Shown in pieces: positions 1 to 11,384 of a stretch of DNA of 64,000 nucleotides (positions are counted from its first letter, which is position 1; each line of letters starts with the position of its first letter). The stretch lies in contig NC_045717.1 of the NCBI RefSeq assembly GCF_009834535.1, forward strand, positions 19,592,001 through 19,656,000. The letters run 5' to 3'. Under the pieces are notes generated by a model. The model saw only the letters and a list, made by a program, of their open reading frames with translations. It did not search any database and had not been told where the DNA came from. The position numbers and the translations under genes were made by a program. This stretch comes from Camelus ferus (taxonomy: Eukaryota).

Positions 1-90
1 GGAGACAAGGATGAGGTGGCCTGAGGATTGGCATTTGCAGGAAGCTGCTGCCACCTCTAGGGATAAGGGACAGCAGGAAGGGTGGACCTT

Positions 91-141
91 CCTGGGGGGA
101 TTAAACAGAAATACAGGACCCCTGGGGGGATTAAACAGAAA
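91..141. repeat. Local direct duplication, period 30
   Basis: cctggggggattaaacagaaa at 91-111 and 121-141. Confidence 0.85.
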
Positions 142-764
142 ACCCTCAGCCCATTGAGTGGCACACAGTTGGCACTCAATAAATGCTAGTTCTTCGTATG
201 ATCCCCTCCAGCTAAGTGGATCTATCAACTTGCTCCCAGATCGTGGTGCTTCTCTGTTTAAACCCTATACCCCCACCCCATCCGCTATGCCCATCTCCCC
301 ACTCTTCCTTCTCTCACTGCCCCAGCCCCCCTGGCCTCCTCCCTGCTTCTTCAGTGCATCAAACTTGTGCCTGCCTCTGGGCCATGGCCCCTGCTGTGCC
401 CTCCACCTGGACCACTCTTCCATCCACCCTTCCCAAAGCTCATTCCAACTCAACCTTCCTTCCTCAGAGGCCCCCAGAGACAAACTTCACCCTCCTGGTG
501 GTCTCTCACCTAGCACCCTCATCTCTTTCTCCAGAGGCTCATAGCAATTTACATGTCTCTTTGAGGGACTGGTAACATGCCTCTTTCCCAGCATATACGC
601 TACCTGAAGACGGGGACTTTCTCTATCTTGTTCTCAGCTACAGCCCCAGGAGACCCAAAACATAACAAAAACTAATACTTGCCAAACCCTAATACCCGGT
701 GGGGCCCATGCTACTCACCTTAGATGAACTCACTCCTCCCCACGATGCTGCAAGGCTGGAACCA

Positions 765-860
765 TTATTATCCCCTTTAACAGATGAGCAAACTGAGGCT
801 CAGAGAAGTCCCTTGCTTGCCTAAGGCCACACAGATGCTACAGGGACTGCTAGCCCTCAG
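765..860 (-). mobile_element. MIR SINE core remnant (one of many in the window)
   Basis: cccctttaacagatgagcaaactgaggctcagagaag...cctaaggccacacag resembles the reverse complement of the MIR core. Confidence 0.7.
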
Positions 861-1349
861 AGCATCTTTGTGCCCCTTCCTGGTGACAGTGGCAGCTCTG
901 GGAGATGGTACACAGCTGGACCCTAGGCCAGGGTCCCCTCTAATGGGTGCAGTGTGCACAGCCATATGGGGCAACGGAGGTGACTGTGCCATCACCACTG
1001 AGTTGCCTGGATTCAGCAAAGCTTTGCTAAATGAATAACAATCCAAGGGGTCTTGGGAACTGACACCTTGCTCCGTAGGATCCCAAACACTTTGCACAAG
1101 TTCTCGACTATTATTAACTGCCTTCTGCAAAGGTGGGAATTGAGGCATAGATCAGGAAAGCCACTTGCCCTGGGTCACATAGAAATCAACAGCTAAGGCA
1201 GAATTTGAACTGAGGTTCACCAAGCTCCAAATGCTGGGCCATAAACACATGGTCTAAATTAACAAAACCTTTTATAGAGCACCTATGAGAGTGAACCCCT
1301 CACCTTTCTCTTCCAGTTTGCCCAACAGCCCTCAGGAATCAAGGACTAC

Positions 1350-1990
1350 TATTCATTCATTCATTCATTCATTCATTCAACAAACACTTACCAAGTGCCC
1401 GCTGTGTGCCTGGCTCTGCTCTAGAGGGAGGATGTGGATACAGAAATGAATAAAGGGTAAAAGTCCTTGCCCTGGTAGAGCAAATATTCCAATAAGGGAG
1501 ACAGATGATAAATGTCATCACAAATTCAATTGCATTTGTTAGGTGAGGATGTGAAGGACAGGGAGAAATAAAGCAGAAAAGGGGGAACATTTTGGAACAA
1601 CTTCTGAATCAAAACCTGGAGGTGAGAGAAAGAGCCATAGAACGTTGGGGGTGGGGTGTGCTAGAGGCAAAGAGAACAGCCAGTGCAAAGGCCCTGAGGT
1701 AGATATAACATTGGTATGTCAGGGGAAAAGCAAGGCAGTTGGTGTGGCAGGAGCAAAGCAGATAAGGGGGAGAGTGAGGGGAGGTAAGGGCAGGAGGTGA
1801 CAGGCAGTTGTGCAGGGCCTTGTTGGCCATGGGAAGGACATGGACATTTGCACTAAATGAACTGGGAGCAAGGGAGGGTCAAAGGGGGCATGTGATCAGA
1901 CTCAGGTGTTCACAGATGCCCTCTGGCCACTAGATGGAAAAACAGACTTGGCGGAAAGGGTGGCAACAGCAGAAGCTGGGAGACCAGGAT
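1350..1990 (-). mobile_element. L2 LINE 3' remnant with (ATTC)n tail
   Basis: (attc)n at 1351-1379 followed by aacaaacacttaccaagtgcccgctgtgtgcc and a degenerate purine-rich L2 body. Confidence 0.65.
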
Positions 1991-2171
1991 AGAGACAGTT
2001 GCATAGGCCCAGGTAGGAGAGGCTTATGCCCTATTTTACAAGGCAGGAAACTGAAGATCAGAAACATTTAGGTGAAGGAAGCAGGGCTGACCCCAAATCT
2101 GTCTGCTGCCACAGCCGGTGCTCTGTCAGCGCTGAGACCCAGCCCTCTCCTTACCCCATCCATACACTTAC

Positions 2172-2498
2172 TTGAGTGAAGGGCACAGCCTGGCACAATT
2201 CCTGGGCCACTTCCCGTGGGCCCGGCAGCAGAGACACAGTGTCGGCCACACTGCAGCCTGCCTGTCCCCTGCTGACCAGTCTTCTGCAGGCCCAAGAAGG
2301 CCTTACAGCTGCCAAGGGCAGAGGATGGCACCAGGAAGGTTGGGGCCCCTTGATCCAGAGCTTGGGTCTGATTGGCAGCAGCCCAGGGCTGAGGTGGGGG
2401 ACCCTGGGGTCCAGGCCTCGCTGAGCCTATGGGCAGCCAGGTCCCATTGAGTGGGCTCAGGAGGGTGGTCAGCACAGATGCTGCTGGCTGAGTAGCAT
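2172..2498 (-). pseudogene. DAND5: DAND5 (Cerberus-like 2) exon 1, frameshifted pseudogene
   Basis: ATG at 2498 gives MLLSQQHLC* (TGA 2471-2469). A second frame reads LTTLLSPLNGTWLPIGSARP...WAAANQT...LVPSSALGSCKAFLGLQK...GRLQ. After a further shift at ~2247 it reads ADTVSLLPGPREVAQELCQAVPFTQ, followed by donor GTAAGT (2171-2166). This matches recalled human DAND5 exon 1 and the syntenic position next to GADD45GIP1. Exon 2 not seen in the window. Confidence 0.9.
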
Positions 2499-2664
2499 CT
2501 GTCTGTCTGTTGGGCAGCGTAGGACTGGGCTAGGGTCCTGGGCAGCCGACCCTGCTGTCTGGCAAGTGGAGTCTGGGCCCTTCAGATGCACTTTTTTCCT
2601 AAGTTTTTTAAAAAAAATAATTTCTTTCTTTTGGGGTGTGGGGGGTGTGAGGAGGTTAGGCATT

Positions 2665-2768
2665 TATTTATTTGTTTGTTTATTATTTATTTATTTAAAT
2701 GGAGGTACTGGGGATTGAACCCAGGACATGCTAAGCTTGCACTCTACCACTGAGCTATAGTCCTCCCA
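2665..2768 (-). mobile_element. tRNA-Ala-derived camelid SINE (Vic-1-like), ~7-nt internal deletion
   Basis: Reverse complement: gggaggactatagctcagtggtagagtgcaagcttagcatgtcctgggttcaatccccagtacctcca plus A-rich tail. Confidence 0.85.
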
Positions 2769-3760
2769 AATCCACTCTTAATGGCTTGTCCCCCACGTGA
2801 GCATCCTGGGAGGCACCTCTGCAAACCCACAATGGGGATGAGAGTAAACCCCCTACCTGCTGGGTTCTCAGCCCTCCTGCTACCCTGGCAGGGGGCCTGG
2901 GGGCCAGGCCTTCGAGTGTGCGGGCTGTAGAGACCCGGAAGGGCCGCTCTAGAGGCAAGGGCTCAGGCACACAGTGAGGAAGGCCCTGAGGGCTCCTTTC
3001 GCCCCCATTTATTCATTTAGCAAAAGCAGACTTTGCAGTTAGGCTTCTTCAGCTTCCATATAAGCACTGAAACTTCTTGGTTGTGCAGTGCCAAGTCTCT
3101 AAACTTCTCTGGGCCTCAGCTTCCTCGTCTGTAATATGGGGATAAGAACTTTGTAGATTTGTTCTGAAAACCAGAGATGATTTATGTAAGGAGCTTCAAA
3201 TAGAGGTTGGTACACAGTGGCATCATGAGTAAGCTATGATTAACACTATTGCTGTTTTTTTTTTCTTTAGTACCCATTAGAGGCCAGGCATAATTATGAG
3301 CCCTGCGGATACAGGGGGACAACACAGAAAATGGGGCCTCGCTGCCACAGATTTTACATTGCAGTGCAGAAAATAAACAACACAAGATAAATAAGGTGAT
3401 TTCAAAGTCTTAAGTGTTACAAAGATACCAAAATGGGATGTGCCTTAGAGGGGTCAGAGCGGGGGCTTCTGCCCCCAGGGTGGTCAGAGAAGGCCTCCCT
3501 ATGGAGGTAACATTTTTGCAGAGATCCTAGGTGCAGTGGGAACAGCCTGGTGGGGAATGGTGGTTGGAGAGCTGGAAGCACAGAAAGGGCCGCGTCCCAA
3601 GCTTTGGGGCCCCAGAAGCGCCTGAGGGGTCCAGGCCTGGCCCTGATACCTCCTCGGCCCCCATCTCGCACCCAGGTGAGGAGCTGCGGGCCGACGTGCC
3701 TTGAGAAGCCACAGGGCTGGTCGTCCTCGCGGCCCAGAGCTGTGAATGCGATGGGGTGCG

Positions 3761-3779
3761 CTTGCCCTCTGGCGGCGAC
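3761..3779 (-). promoter_or_regulatory. CTCF-like motif in an orphan CpG-rich patch
   Basis: Reverse complement contains CGCCGCCAGAGGGCAAG, matching core CCASYAGRKGGCR at most positions; motif match only. Confidence 0.4.
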
Positions 3780-3889
3780 TCTCGGGACTCCACGGCGGCC
3801 GCGCCCAGGACACCTGTCTCCTGGACGCCCCACCTGGAGGTGCGCAGGTGCCTCCCACTCACCCCACTATAACCGAGCGGCCCCCAATC

Positions 3890-4400
3890 TACCCTTCCGC
3901 TGTTTTCTAGATCCAACTAATGGCAGCTTCGTCCTGCCAAGTGTTAAGGCTCCAAACTTCGGAGCATCTTTAACTCCCCTCTTTCTCTGACCCCACCCCC
4001 TCCCCAATTTGATATGACAGCAAATCCCATCCACTTCAGAATCTGCCCAGAATCTGCCCACTTCTCAGTCCTTCCTCGGTCCCCTACCTGAACATGGTCC
4101 CCATTATCTCCCACCTGAACCAATACAGCCCCTCTACCCTGGCACCCCTGCTCCCGCCTCCTCCCCCACCGAAGTCTGTTCCCCGCAACAGCGGCCAGAT
4201 GGCGCCTGTGAGCACCTAAATCACACGCCATTCCTCTGCTCAGAACCTTCCAGTGCTCCCACCTCACCCGAGTTAGTAGCCCAAGTCCTCACTGCAGTCC
4301 ACCAGGCCTCAACCTGTCTGCTTCCATCAGCTCACCACCCTCGTCTCCCCGTTTTCTCACTTCCTCCAGCCACACGGACCTCTTCGCTATGTCCTAGACT
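3890..4400 (+). mobile_element. L2 LINE remnant
   Basis: cagcggccaga...ccattcctctgctcagaaccttccagtgctcccacctcac resembles the L2 3' region. Confidence 0.6.
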
Positions 4401-5297
4401 CCCCAGTCATATTCCCATAATCCCACACAGTTGCACCGGGCTGCGACGCTCTTTTAAGTTTCAACGTGGAAAGATATCTAAGAAAAATGAAGTTTAAAAA
4501 AAAATGTCACAACAGGGTGCTGACCTTTTTGGGGAAGGGGGATAAGAATTTACAGGTACAATCTACCTGTATTTGCATACTGAAAAAAGAGGCACTGTTT
4601 TCCTGCTGGGGAGGGGCATGTAAATAGGCAGATGAGATGCGGGGGGTTCACTCTAGAGTTTAAAAATTCAATGCAAGTGAAAAAAAAAAAGAAAAAAGGC
4701 ACACACAAAAGCAATCGCTACCTTTGTTTTGCCCTTTGCTTTTTAAGTGAAGTATTTCGGGCAGTCAAATAAGCATAGATAAAAATAGATAAAACATATA
4801 GTAGATATAGATAATAGACATAGTAACATAGATAATATAAATATATATAATAGATAAAAATATAACAAACACCCCTGTACTCATTACCCCAATTAAGAAA
4901 TGAAAGATTACAAAAAAAAGATATAAAAGATTACAGATATGAGAGAAATTGGCTCCAGACATGTCCCTAGTCCCTGAATTTGCCAGTTATAATCCTATGC
5001 CTGTACTCACAGTTTTACTATATATGTGTGTCCATTTGGAAAGGATATATAAAATTGTTTTAAACAATGTACATGATTTCAGAACGTATATATCCTTTTA
5101 ACTTTCATCTGTCCTCCCCTTCGTGTTCCTCCATTTTTACTACTGAAGAGTATTCCATGGCACATACGTACCCCAACATGTATTTCTCCATTGTCCAATT
5201 TTTTAACTGTCACCAACAATGCTGCAAGGGATGTGCTGGAATATGACTCTGGCACCTGGCTTTTTGCACTTACTCTATCTGGGAGTTTGCTCCTAAT

Positions 5298-5645
5298 CAG
5301 TGGTTCACATTCCTGGTTGCCCATTAGAGTCACTTCTAAGTGAGGAATTGATGCCCAGACTCTGCTCCTAATCAGTTACTACACTGGAATCTCTGGGGAT
5401 GGAGCCCAGGCACGAGTGTTTCAAGAAAGCATCTTAGTGCTGTTGTGAGCCCATAGCCCACAGACTGTATCGTTATACACAGCAGTAGGTCTCAAACTTG
5501 AGCCCACATAGGCATCACCTGGCAGGCTCTCGCACTGATCACTGTAGAGTATGTGATTCTGGGATGGAGCCTGAGAACCTGCATTTCTAACATGTTCCCA
5601 GGTGATGCTGCCGCTGGCCTGGGGACCAGACTTTGAGAACCATGA
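5298..5645. mobile_element. Two adjacent MER5-type hAT MITEs
   Basis: cagtggttcac... (from ~5298) and cagtaggtctcaaacttgag...ccaggtgatgctg...ggaccagactttgagaacca (5483-5645). Confidence 0.7.
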
Positions 5646-5826
5646 CACAGTGCGCTCCCTTGTTCTTTTTTAACATCTGCATAGTTTTCCATCCTATGGG
5701 TATTCGGTAACTTCTTTAACAAGTCCTCTATTCTTGGACATTTAGGCTATTTTTCATCTTTTGTTATTACAAAAAAAAAATTGCCCACAAGGGAATATCA
5801 TTCACCTATAAAAAAGAATGAAGTAT

Positions 5827-6321
5827 TGTATTAATTTGCTAGGGCCACCGTAACAAAGCACCATAAACTCAGGGGCTTAAACAACAGAAATGTACTGTCT
5901 CACAGTCTGGAGGCTGGAAGTCCGAGATCAAGGTGTCACCAGGGTTGGTTTCTTCCGAGTCCTCGCTCTTTGGCTTGTAGACAGCCGTCTTCTCCCTGTG
6001 TCTCCACATGGTCTTCCCTGTGCGTGTGTCTGTGTCCTGATTTCCTCTTTTATAAACCAGTCATATTGGATCAGGACCCACCCTGGTAACTTCACTTAAT
6101 TACTTTTTGGGGGCGGGGATTAGGTTTACTTATTTATTCTTAGAAGAGGTACTGGGGATTGAACCCAGGACCTAGTGCATGCTAGGCATATGCTCTACCA
6201 CTGAGCTACACCCTCCCTGCTTTAATTATTTATTTAAAGACCCTTTTTCTACATATGTCATGTACTGAGTGTTGGCACTTTAACATATGAATTTTGGGGG
6301 GGACACAACTCAGTCCTAACA
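5827..6321. mobile_element. MLT1-type MaLR solo LTR with 5-bp TSD
   Basis: Begins tgtattaatttgctagggccaccgtaacaaagcaccataaac and ends ggggggacacaactcagtcctaaca; flanked by agtat (5822-5826) and agtac (6322-6326). Confidence 0.85.
6103..6219 (-). mobile_element. Vic-1-like SINE, full length, inside the MLT1 LTR
   Basis: Reverse complement: gggagggtgtagctcagtggtagagcatatgcctagcatgcactaggtcctgggttcaatccccagtacctc; TSD ttaatta at 6096-6102 and 6222-6228. Confidence 0.85.
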
Positions 6322-7609
6322 AGTACTGAGACATGTTACAGCATGGGGGAACCTCGAAAACATGCTAAGAAAAAGAATCTGTACACAAATGGTCATGTGG
6401 TGTGTGGTTCCATTTACATGAAATGTCCAGAATAGGCAAATCCATAGAGACAGAAAGTAAATTAGTGGTTGCCAGGGGCTGAAGGGAGCACAGAATAGAG
6501 TGTGACTGCTTACTGGGTACGGAGTATCCTTTTGGGGTGATGGAAATGTTCAAGAACTAAATACAAGTGGAGGTTACACAACACTGTGAGTGGACTAAAT
6601 GCCACTGAATTTACAACGATTAATTTTATCTTGCGTGACTATTACTTCGATTTCAGGGCTGCCCTCAGAAGCCCCTCCACCCATGACCATTTGGCACCTG
6701 CTGTGTGCAGAGAACCCTGACCAGCAGCTGAAATCCAACCCAGGCTGGTTTGACAACAGTGTGGTTCCCAAATGTCCTAGTCTGGGAGGAAACTGCAGCT
6801 CAGAAGTCCCACACCCAGCTGCCTATCAGCCCCATTCTAGGTGCTTTCTTCCTCCTTCACCTCCATTATGATTTTTTTGAGTGACTCACAAGACTGTGAA
6901 CTGTTTGAGGTCAGGAACCATCTCTACTTCATTTATTAGCTCTTGAAAGGTCCAAGGAGTAGGGGAGATGTCTGTTGAGTTAAACCTAAATGACAAGAAA
7001 AAGCCCACCATGTATAGATCTGGAGGACAGTTCTAGGCATGGAAACACCAAAAGTAATGCAAAGGTCCTAAGGCCGGTATAGATCAGGGACCACGTGGCC
7101 CCTTCTACCTCCTAAAGGGTCTTTCTGCTTCTACATGTCTTCCTACTCAGTCACTTTTCTGCTCAGCAGCCAGAGGAACATCATAAGTCATATCCTGCTC
7201 ATAGACCTGCCATGGCTCCCCATTGCCCTTGGAATAAAACCAGAACCCCTCACCATGTCTTATAATCCTGCCTGGCCTCTGCCTAACACTCTTCACTCCA
7301 CCTCTTCCTTCAATCCTCTTCATTCACTGGACTTCAACCACACTGGTCACCTGTCCCTCAGCAAACCCTAGGGAACGACTCCTTCAGAACCTCAGGGAAA
7401 CTTCACCGTGGGCACATGGGGACACAGACAGGGAAGCTCACTGCAGCATCACTTCTGCAATCAAGAAAAATTGGAAACAAATGTCCATCAAAACAGCCAG
7501 ACAGAATAATTATAGTTTATTCCTACCATGGACAATATTGAGCAGAAATTTTTTTCTGTCTGTTTTTTTAACCACTAAACACAGTACGAAATACATTTTA
7601 CACTGTGAA

Positions 7610-8175
7610 ACAGAAGTGGCAGATTGTACTTTTCAAAGAGGCCTGAATAATATCTCCTTTCATATGTTCCCTGTATACAATCCTTTGTGACAATGTGACC
7701 TTGACAATCTTTTGAGTGACAAAGCCTCTGACCCCTTCCCTTGAACCCAGACAATCTTTGTGACTGGCTTGACCAATAGAATACAGCAGAAATGATGTCA
7801 CGTGACTTCTGCGACTCAGTCATAAAAATGCCATGCACTTCAGCCTGGTTCACTTGGGCCCCTGCTGCCACATTGTAAGGAAGCTCAAATTGGCCCATGA
7901 AGAGAGACCACTGTATAGATGTTCCACCTAATAATTCAGCTGAGTCTCTAGCCAGAATCAATCATGAGACACGAAGGAATAAAGATGCCTTCTGATGATG
8001 CTAGCCACCAGGTGTTAAGTCACTCAGCTCTCCATTCTTCCCATGGGGGCTGCAGACAGCACGGAGCAGAGACAAGCCATCCCCACTGTGCCCTGCCCAA
8101 ATTCCTCATCTACACACTTAATGAGCATAATAAAATGGTTGCTTGGGGAAGGTTTGTGAGCATCAATTGCAACTC
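7610..8175. mobile_element. Older MLT1-type LTR remnant
   Basis: gactggcttgaccaatagaatacagcagaaatgatg...gcagagacaagccatccccactgtgccctgcccaaattcc...aataaaatggttg. Confidence 0.6.
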
Positions 8176-8399
8176 TATCACCAGCATATCCCTACATGTA
8201 TATGTGACAGAAATGAAAGTTTTACCAAACAATACTTACCCTTACTATATGTGATATACTCTGATACTTAAATTTTATTCTATCTTTTTCATTGATAGTA
8301 ACTGCTCTACACCTACATTCACAGGAACATTATTCACAATAGCCAAAAGGTGGAAGCAACCCAAACATCCATCAGGGGATGAATGGATAAACTAAATAT

Positions 8400-8564
8400 N
8401 NNNNNNNNNNNNNNNNNNNNNNNNNNNNNNNNNNNNNNNNNNNNNNNNNNNNNNNNNNNNNNNNNNNNNNNNNNNNNNNNNNNNNNNNNNNNNNNNNNNN
8501 NNNNNNNNNNNNNNNNNNNNNNNNNNNNNNNNNNNNNNNNNNNNNNNNNNNNNNNNNNNNNNNN
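8400..8564. other. Assembly gap (165 N) inside an old L1 3' end
   Basis: N run. Confidence 0.99.
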
Positions 8565-8909
8565 ACAATTTCACTGGGACAGAAAGTAGAACAGTCATTA
8601 CCAGGGAGAAGAGGGAGTTAAGTGTTTAATGGGGACAGAGATTCCATTCTGTAAGATGACAAAGTCCTGGAGACAGATGATGGTGATGTGAATGTGCTCA
8701 ATGCCGCTGAGCAGCAGACTTAAAAATGGTTACTGTGGTAAGTTTTATGCGTATTATGTCACAATTTTTAAAAAATAAATAAATTTTAAAGATTTTAAAT
8801 TCCTAAAGTTTATGAATCATTCTTCCCTTTATTGTAAACCCGAAAGTAAATAAATAAATAAATAAATGCTGGTTAAAAAGTACCTCACTGACTTCCTGAA
8901 TCAATAATG

Positions 8910-9653
8910 GGCCCCATGAACACTCTACCCTGCAAGGCTCTCATTCAGGTTTGATGGAGAAATCAAAATCTTCACAGATAAACAAAAGCTAGAAGAATTC
9001 AGCATCACCAGACCAGCTTTACAACAAATGTTAAGGGAACTTCTCTAATCAAACCACAAGAAAAGAGATACATGCACCCCAATGTTCATAGCAGCACTAC
9101 TGACAAAAGCCAAGACATGGAAGCAACCTAAATGTCCATTGACAGATGACCAGATAAAGAAATTGTGGTATACTTATACAATGGAATATTACTCAGTCAT
9201 AAAAAAGAATACGATAATGCCCTTTGCAGCAACATAGATAGACCTGGAGACTGTCATTCTAAGTGAAGTAAGCCAGAAAGAGAAAGAAAAATACCACATG
9301 ATATTACTGACATGTGGAATCTTAAAAAAAAAAAAGACACAAATGAATTTATTTACAAAACAGAGATAGACTCAGACAGAAAACAAACTTATGGGTGGTG
9401 GGGGGAGAGGGTGCAGAGGGATAAATTGGGAGTTTGGGATTTGCAGATACTAACAACTATATATAAAATAGATAAACAATAAGGACCTACTGTATAGCAC
9501 AGGGAACTATATTCAATATCTTGCAGTAACCTCTAATGAGAAAGAAAATTGAAAGAAATATTTGTATGTAAAAATGAATCACTTTGCTGTACACCAAAAA
9601 CTAACAGTGTATACCGACCATACTTCAATTTAATTAATTAATTAATTTAAAAA
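8910..9653 (+). mobile_element. 5'-truncated, internally deleted L1 (ORF1 tail + ORF2 tail + 3'UTR)
   Basis: 8923-9048 reads LYPARLSFRFDGEIKIFTDKQKLEEFSITRPALQQMLRELL*. From ~9061 it reads KRDTCTPMFIAALLTKAKTWKQPKCP...EYYS. An L1 3'UTR and A-rich tail follow; possible TSD aataatg (8903-8909, 9654-9660). Confidence 0.8.
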
Positions 9654-10973
9654 AATAATGCATCCTGTGACTTGGAATGTGAAAAACCTGGCAACACTGT
9701 ATGTTCAATAAATCTACAGGGATCCACCTTCCCAGGAATATCTGGAAACCAAGAGGTTGAGAGAGAAAAGGTGCAAATTCATACACTCAGGATACCATTT
9801 ACATAAACTGTTTAAAAATAGATATATTGATACTGTTTCCAGACTCCAGATAAGAAGGGAATGCAGAAAGACTGGTCTTGGAAGAACAAGCTAATTTCAA
9901 AATAACTGTTACTCCTGAGAAGGATGGAGGGCAAGGGGGAGGGAAAGGGGTGGTACCTGCTGGTGGAGGCCTTACTGTCACTGGAGGCTTTCATAATAGA
10001 GCTCAATTTTTATTAGAAGGAATTAAATATATATATGTATATATTTATCTGAGGCAGTTCAGCCAAAGTATGACTATTTGTTAAATCCGGATGATGACAC
10101 AATGACTGTACCCTTCTGTCCTTCTGAAATAATTCACTAACACTGTAAATGAGAGTATACAAAGCAGTTCTCTAGGTTATATACAAAACTACCACCAGTG
10201 GGGGTTGAGGGGCACAGACAGGGAAGCGGAGGATGGGAGGGAGGGAGGAGTAAGACTCCTCACTATAATCCTTTCTGTTGCTTGTATTTTCATCTTTTAA
10301 GTTGTGAAATACAATAAATCTACAGGAAAGTGTGCAACCCACACATAGACAGTTACAGACAACTGAACGAATCATTATAACTCAGCCATTGCTGAAGCCC
10401 AGATCAAGAAATAACATTGAATGGAGTCCACTTAGAGAAAAGCTAACGGAATGGGAATGCCCAGCTCAATGACCTGTCACAAAGCAAACCCCTCCCACCC
10501 TCTGCCATGTGACCACCATCCAGATGCCCCCTCATCCCCACCAGAGGCATCTTATCCTGACTCCTAGAATGATCACTGCCTGGTTTTTCTTTATCGTTTA
10601 CCCCTTAAGGCATGCATCCAGAATGACACCAGGATTTTTCGACTTTGTATGAAAAGGACAATTTGTGTAAACCTTACACAAGGAAAAATGTTCCTTTATG
10701 AAAAGGAATCATTTGAGTCCTGCTTCCTTTGCTGCATAAGAAGTCTGTGAGGATCATCCACATTGTTGTGAGCCGCAGTGAATGCTCTTGCAATCCCGTG
10801 TAGTATTCTGTTGGCTGAAACATCAAAATTTAGGTATCCAGTCTACTGCAGATGGACTCGGGTGGGTTGTTTCCAGCCTGAGACTAATTTATATCAGATA
10901 TATGGTATTGCTGTGAACTGTGAACATTCTCATCCAGGTTTCCTGGTTCACTGAGCAAATTGCAAGGGTTTTT

Positions 10974-11144
10974 NNNNNNNNNNNNNNNNNNNNNNNNNNN
11001 NNNNNNNNNNNNNNNNNNNNNNNNNNNNNNNNNNNNNNNNNNNNNNNNNNNNNNNNNNNNNNNNNNNNNNNNNNNNNNNNNNNNNNNNNNNNNNNNNNNN
11101 NNNNNNNNNNNNNNNNNNNNNNNNNNNNNNNNNNNNNNNNNNNN
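10974..11144. other. Assembly gap (171 N) inside an L1 remnant
   Basis: N run. Confidence 0.99.
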
Positions 11145-11384
11145 ACTCTTATTCCCCATGTCCCTGCCCCTCCAACCACTCTATGAATTTGACTACTCTA
11201 GGGGCCTCATATAAGTGGAATCATATAATCTATGTCCTTTTCTGACTGCCTTATTTCACTCAGCATAATGTCTTTCAAGTTCATCCATGCTGTAGCATGA
11301 GTCAGAATTTCCTTCTTTTTTAAAGTGGAAATCCTTTTTAAAAAATAATGTTTAATTTCTGCATAACGATCAAACATTTCAAGA

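Larger units (their letters stand above)
5765..6630 (+). mobile_element. Old L1 (L1M-type) 3' end split by the MLT1 insertion
   Basis: ggaatatcattcacctataaaaaagaatgaagtat continues after the LTR as gagacatgttacagcatgg...aataggcaaatccatagagacagaaagtaaattagtggttgccagggg. Confidence 0.75.

Noticed and set aside
1-2165. DAND5 exon 2
   Set aside because: No cystine-knot-like sequence recognised; it is probably left of the window. Deletion cannot be claimed.
2068-2475. 135-aa GTG-initiated ORF as an intact DAND5
   Set aside because: It is only the middle frame of the pseudo-exon. It lacks the true start, leaves homology at ~2247 and reads through the donor, so it never reaches the cystine knot.
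2172-2498. Compensating frameshifts rescuing DAND5
   Set aside because: The net frame is restored (327 nt), but the ATG frame has three stops between the two lesions.
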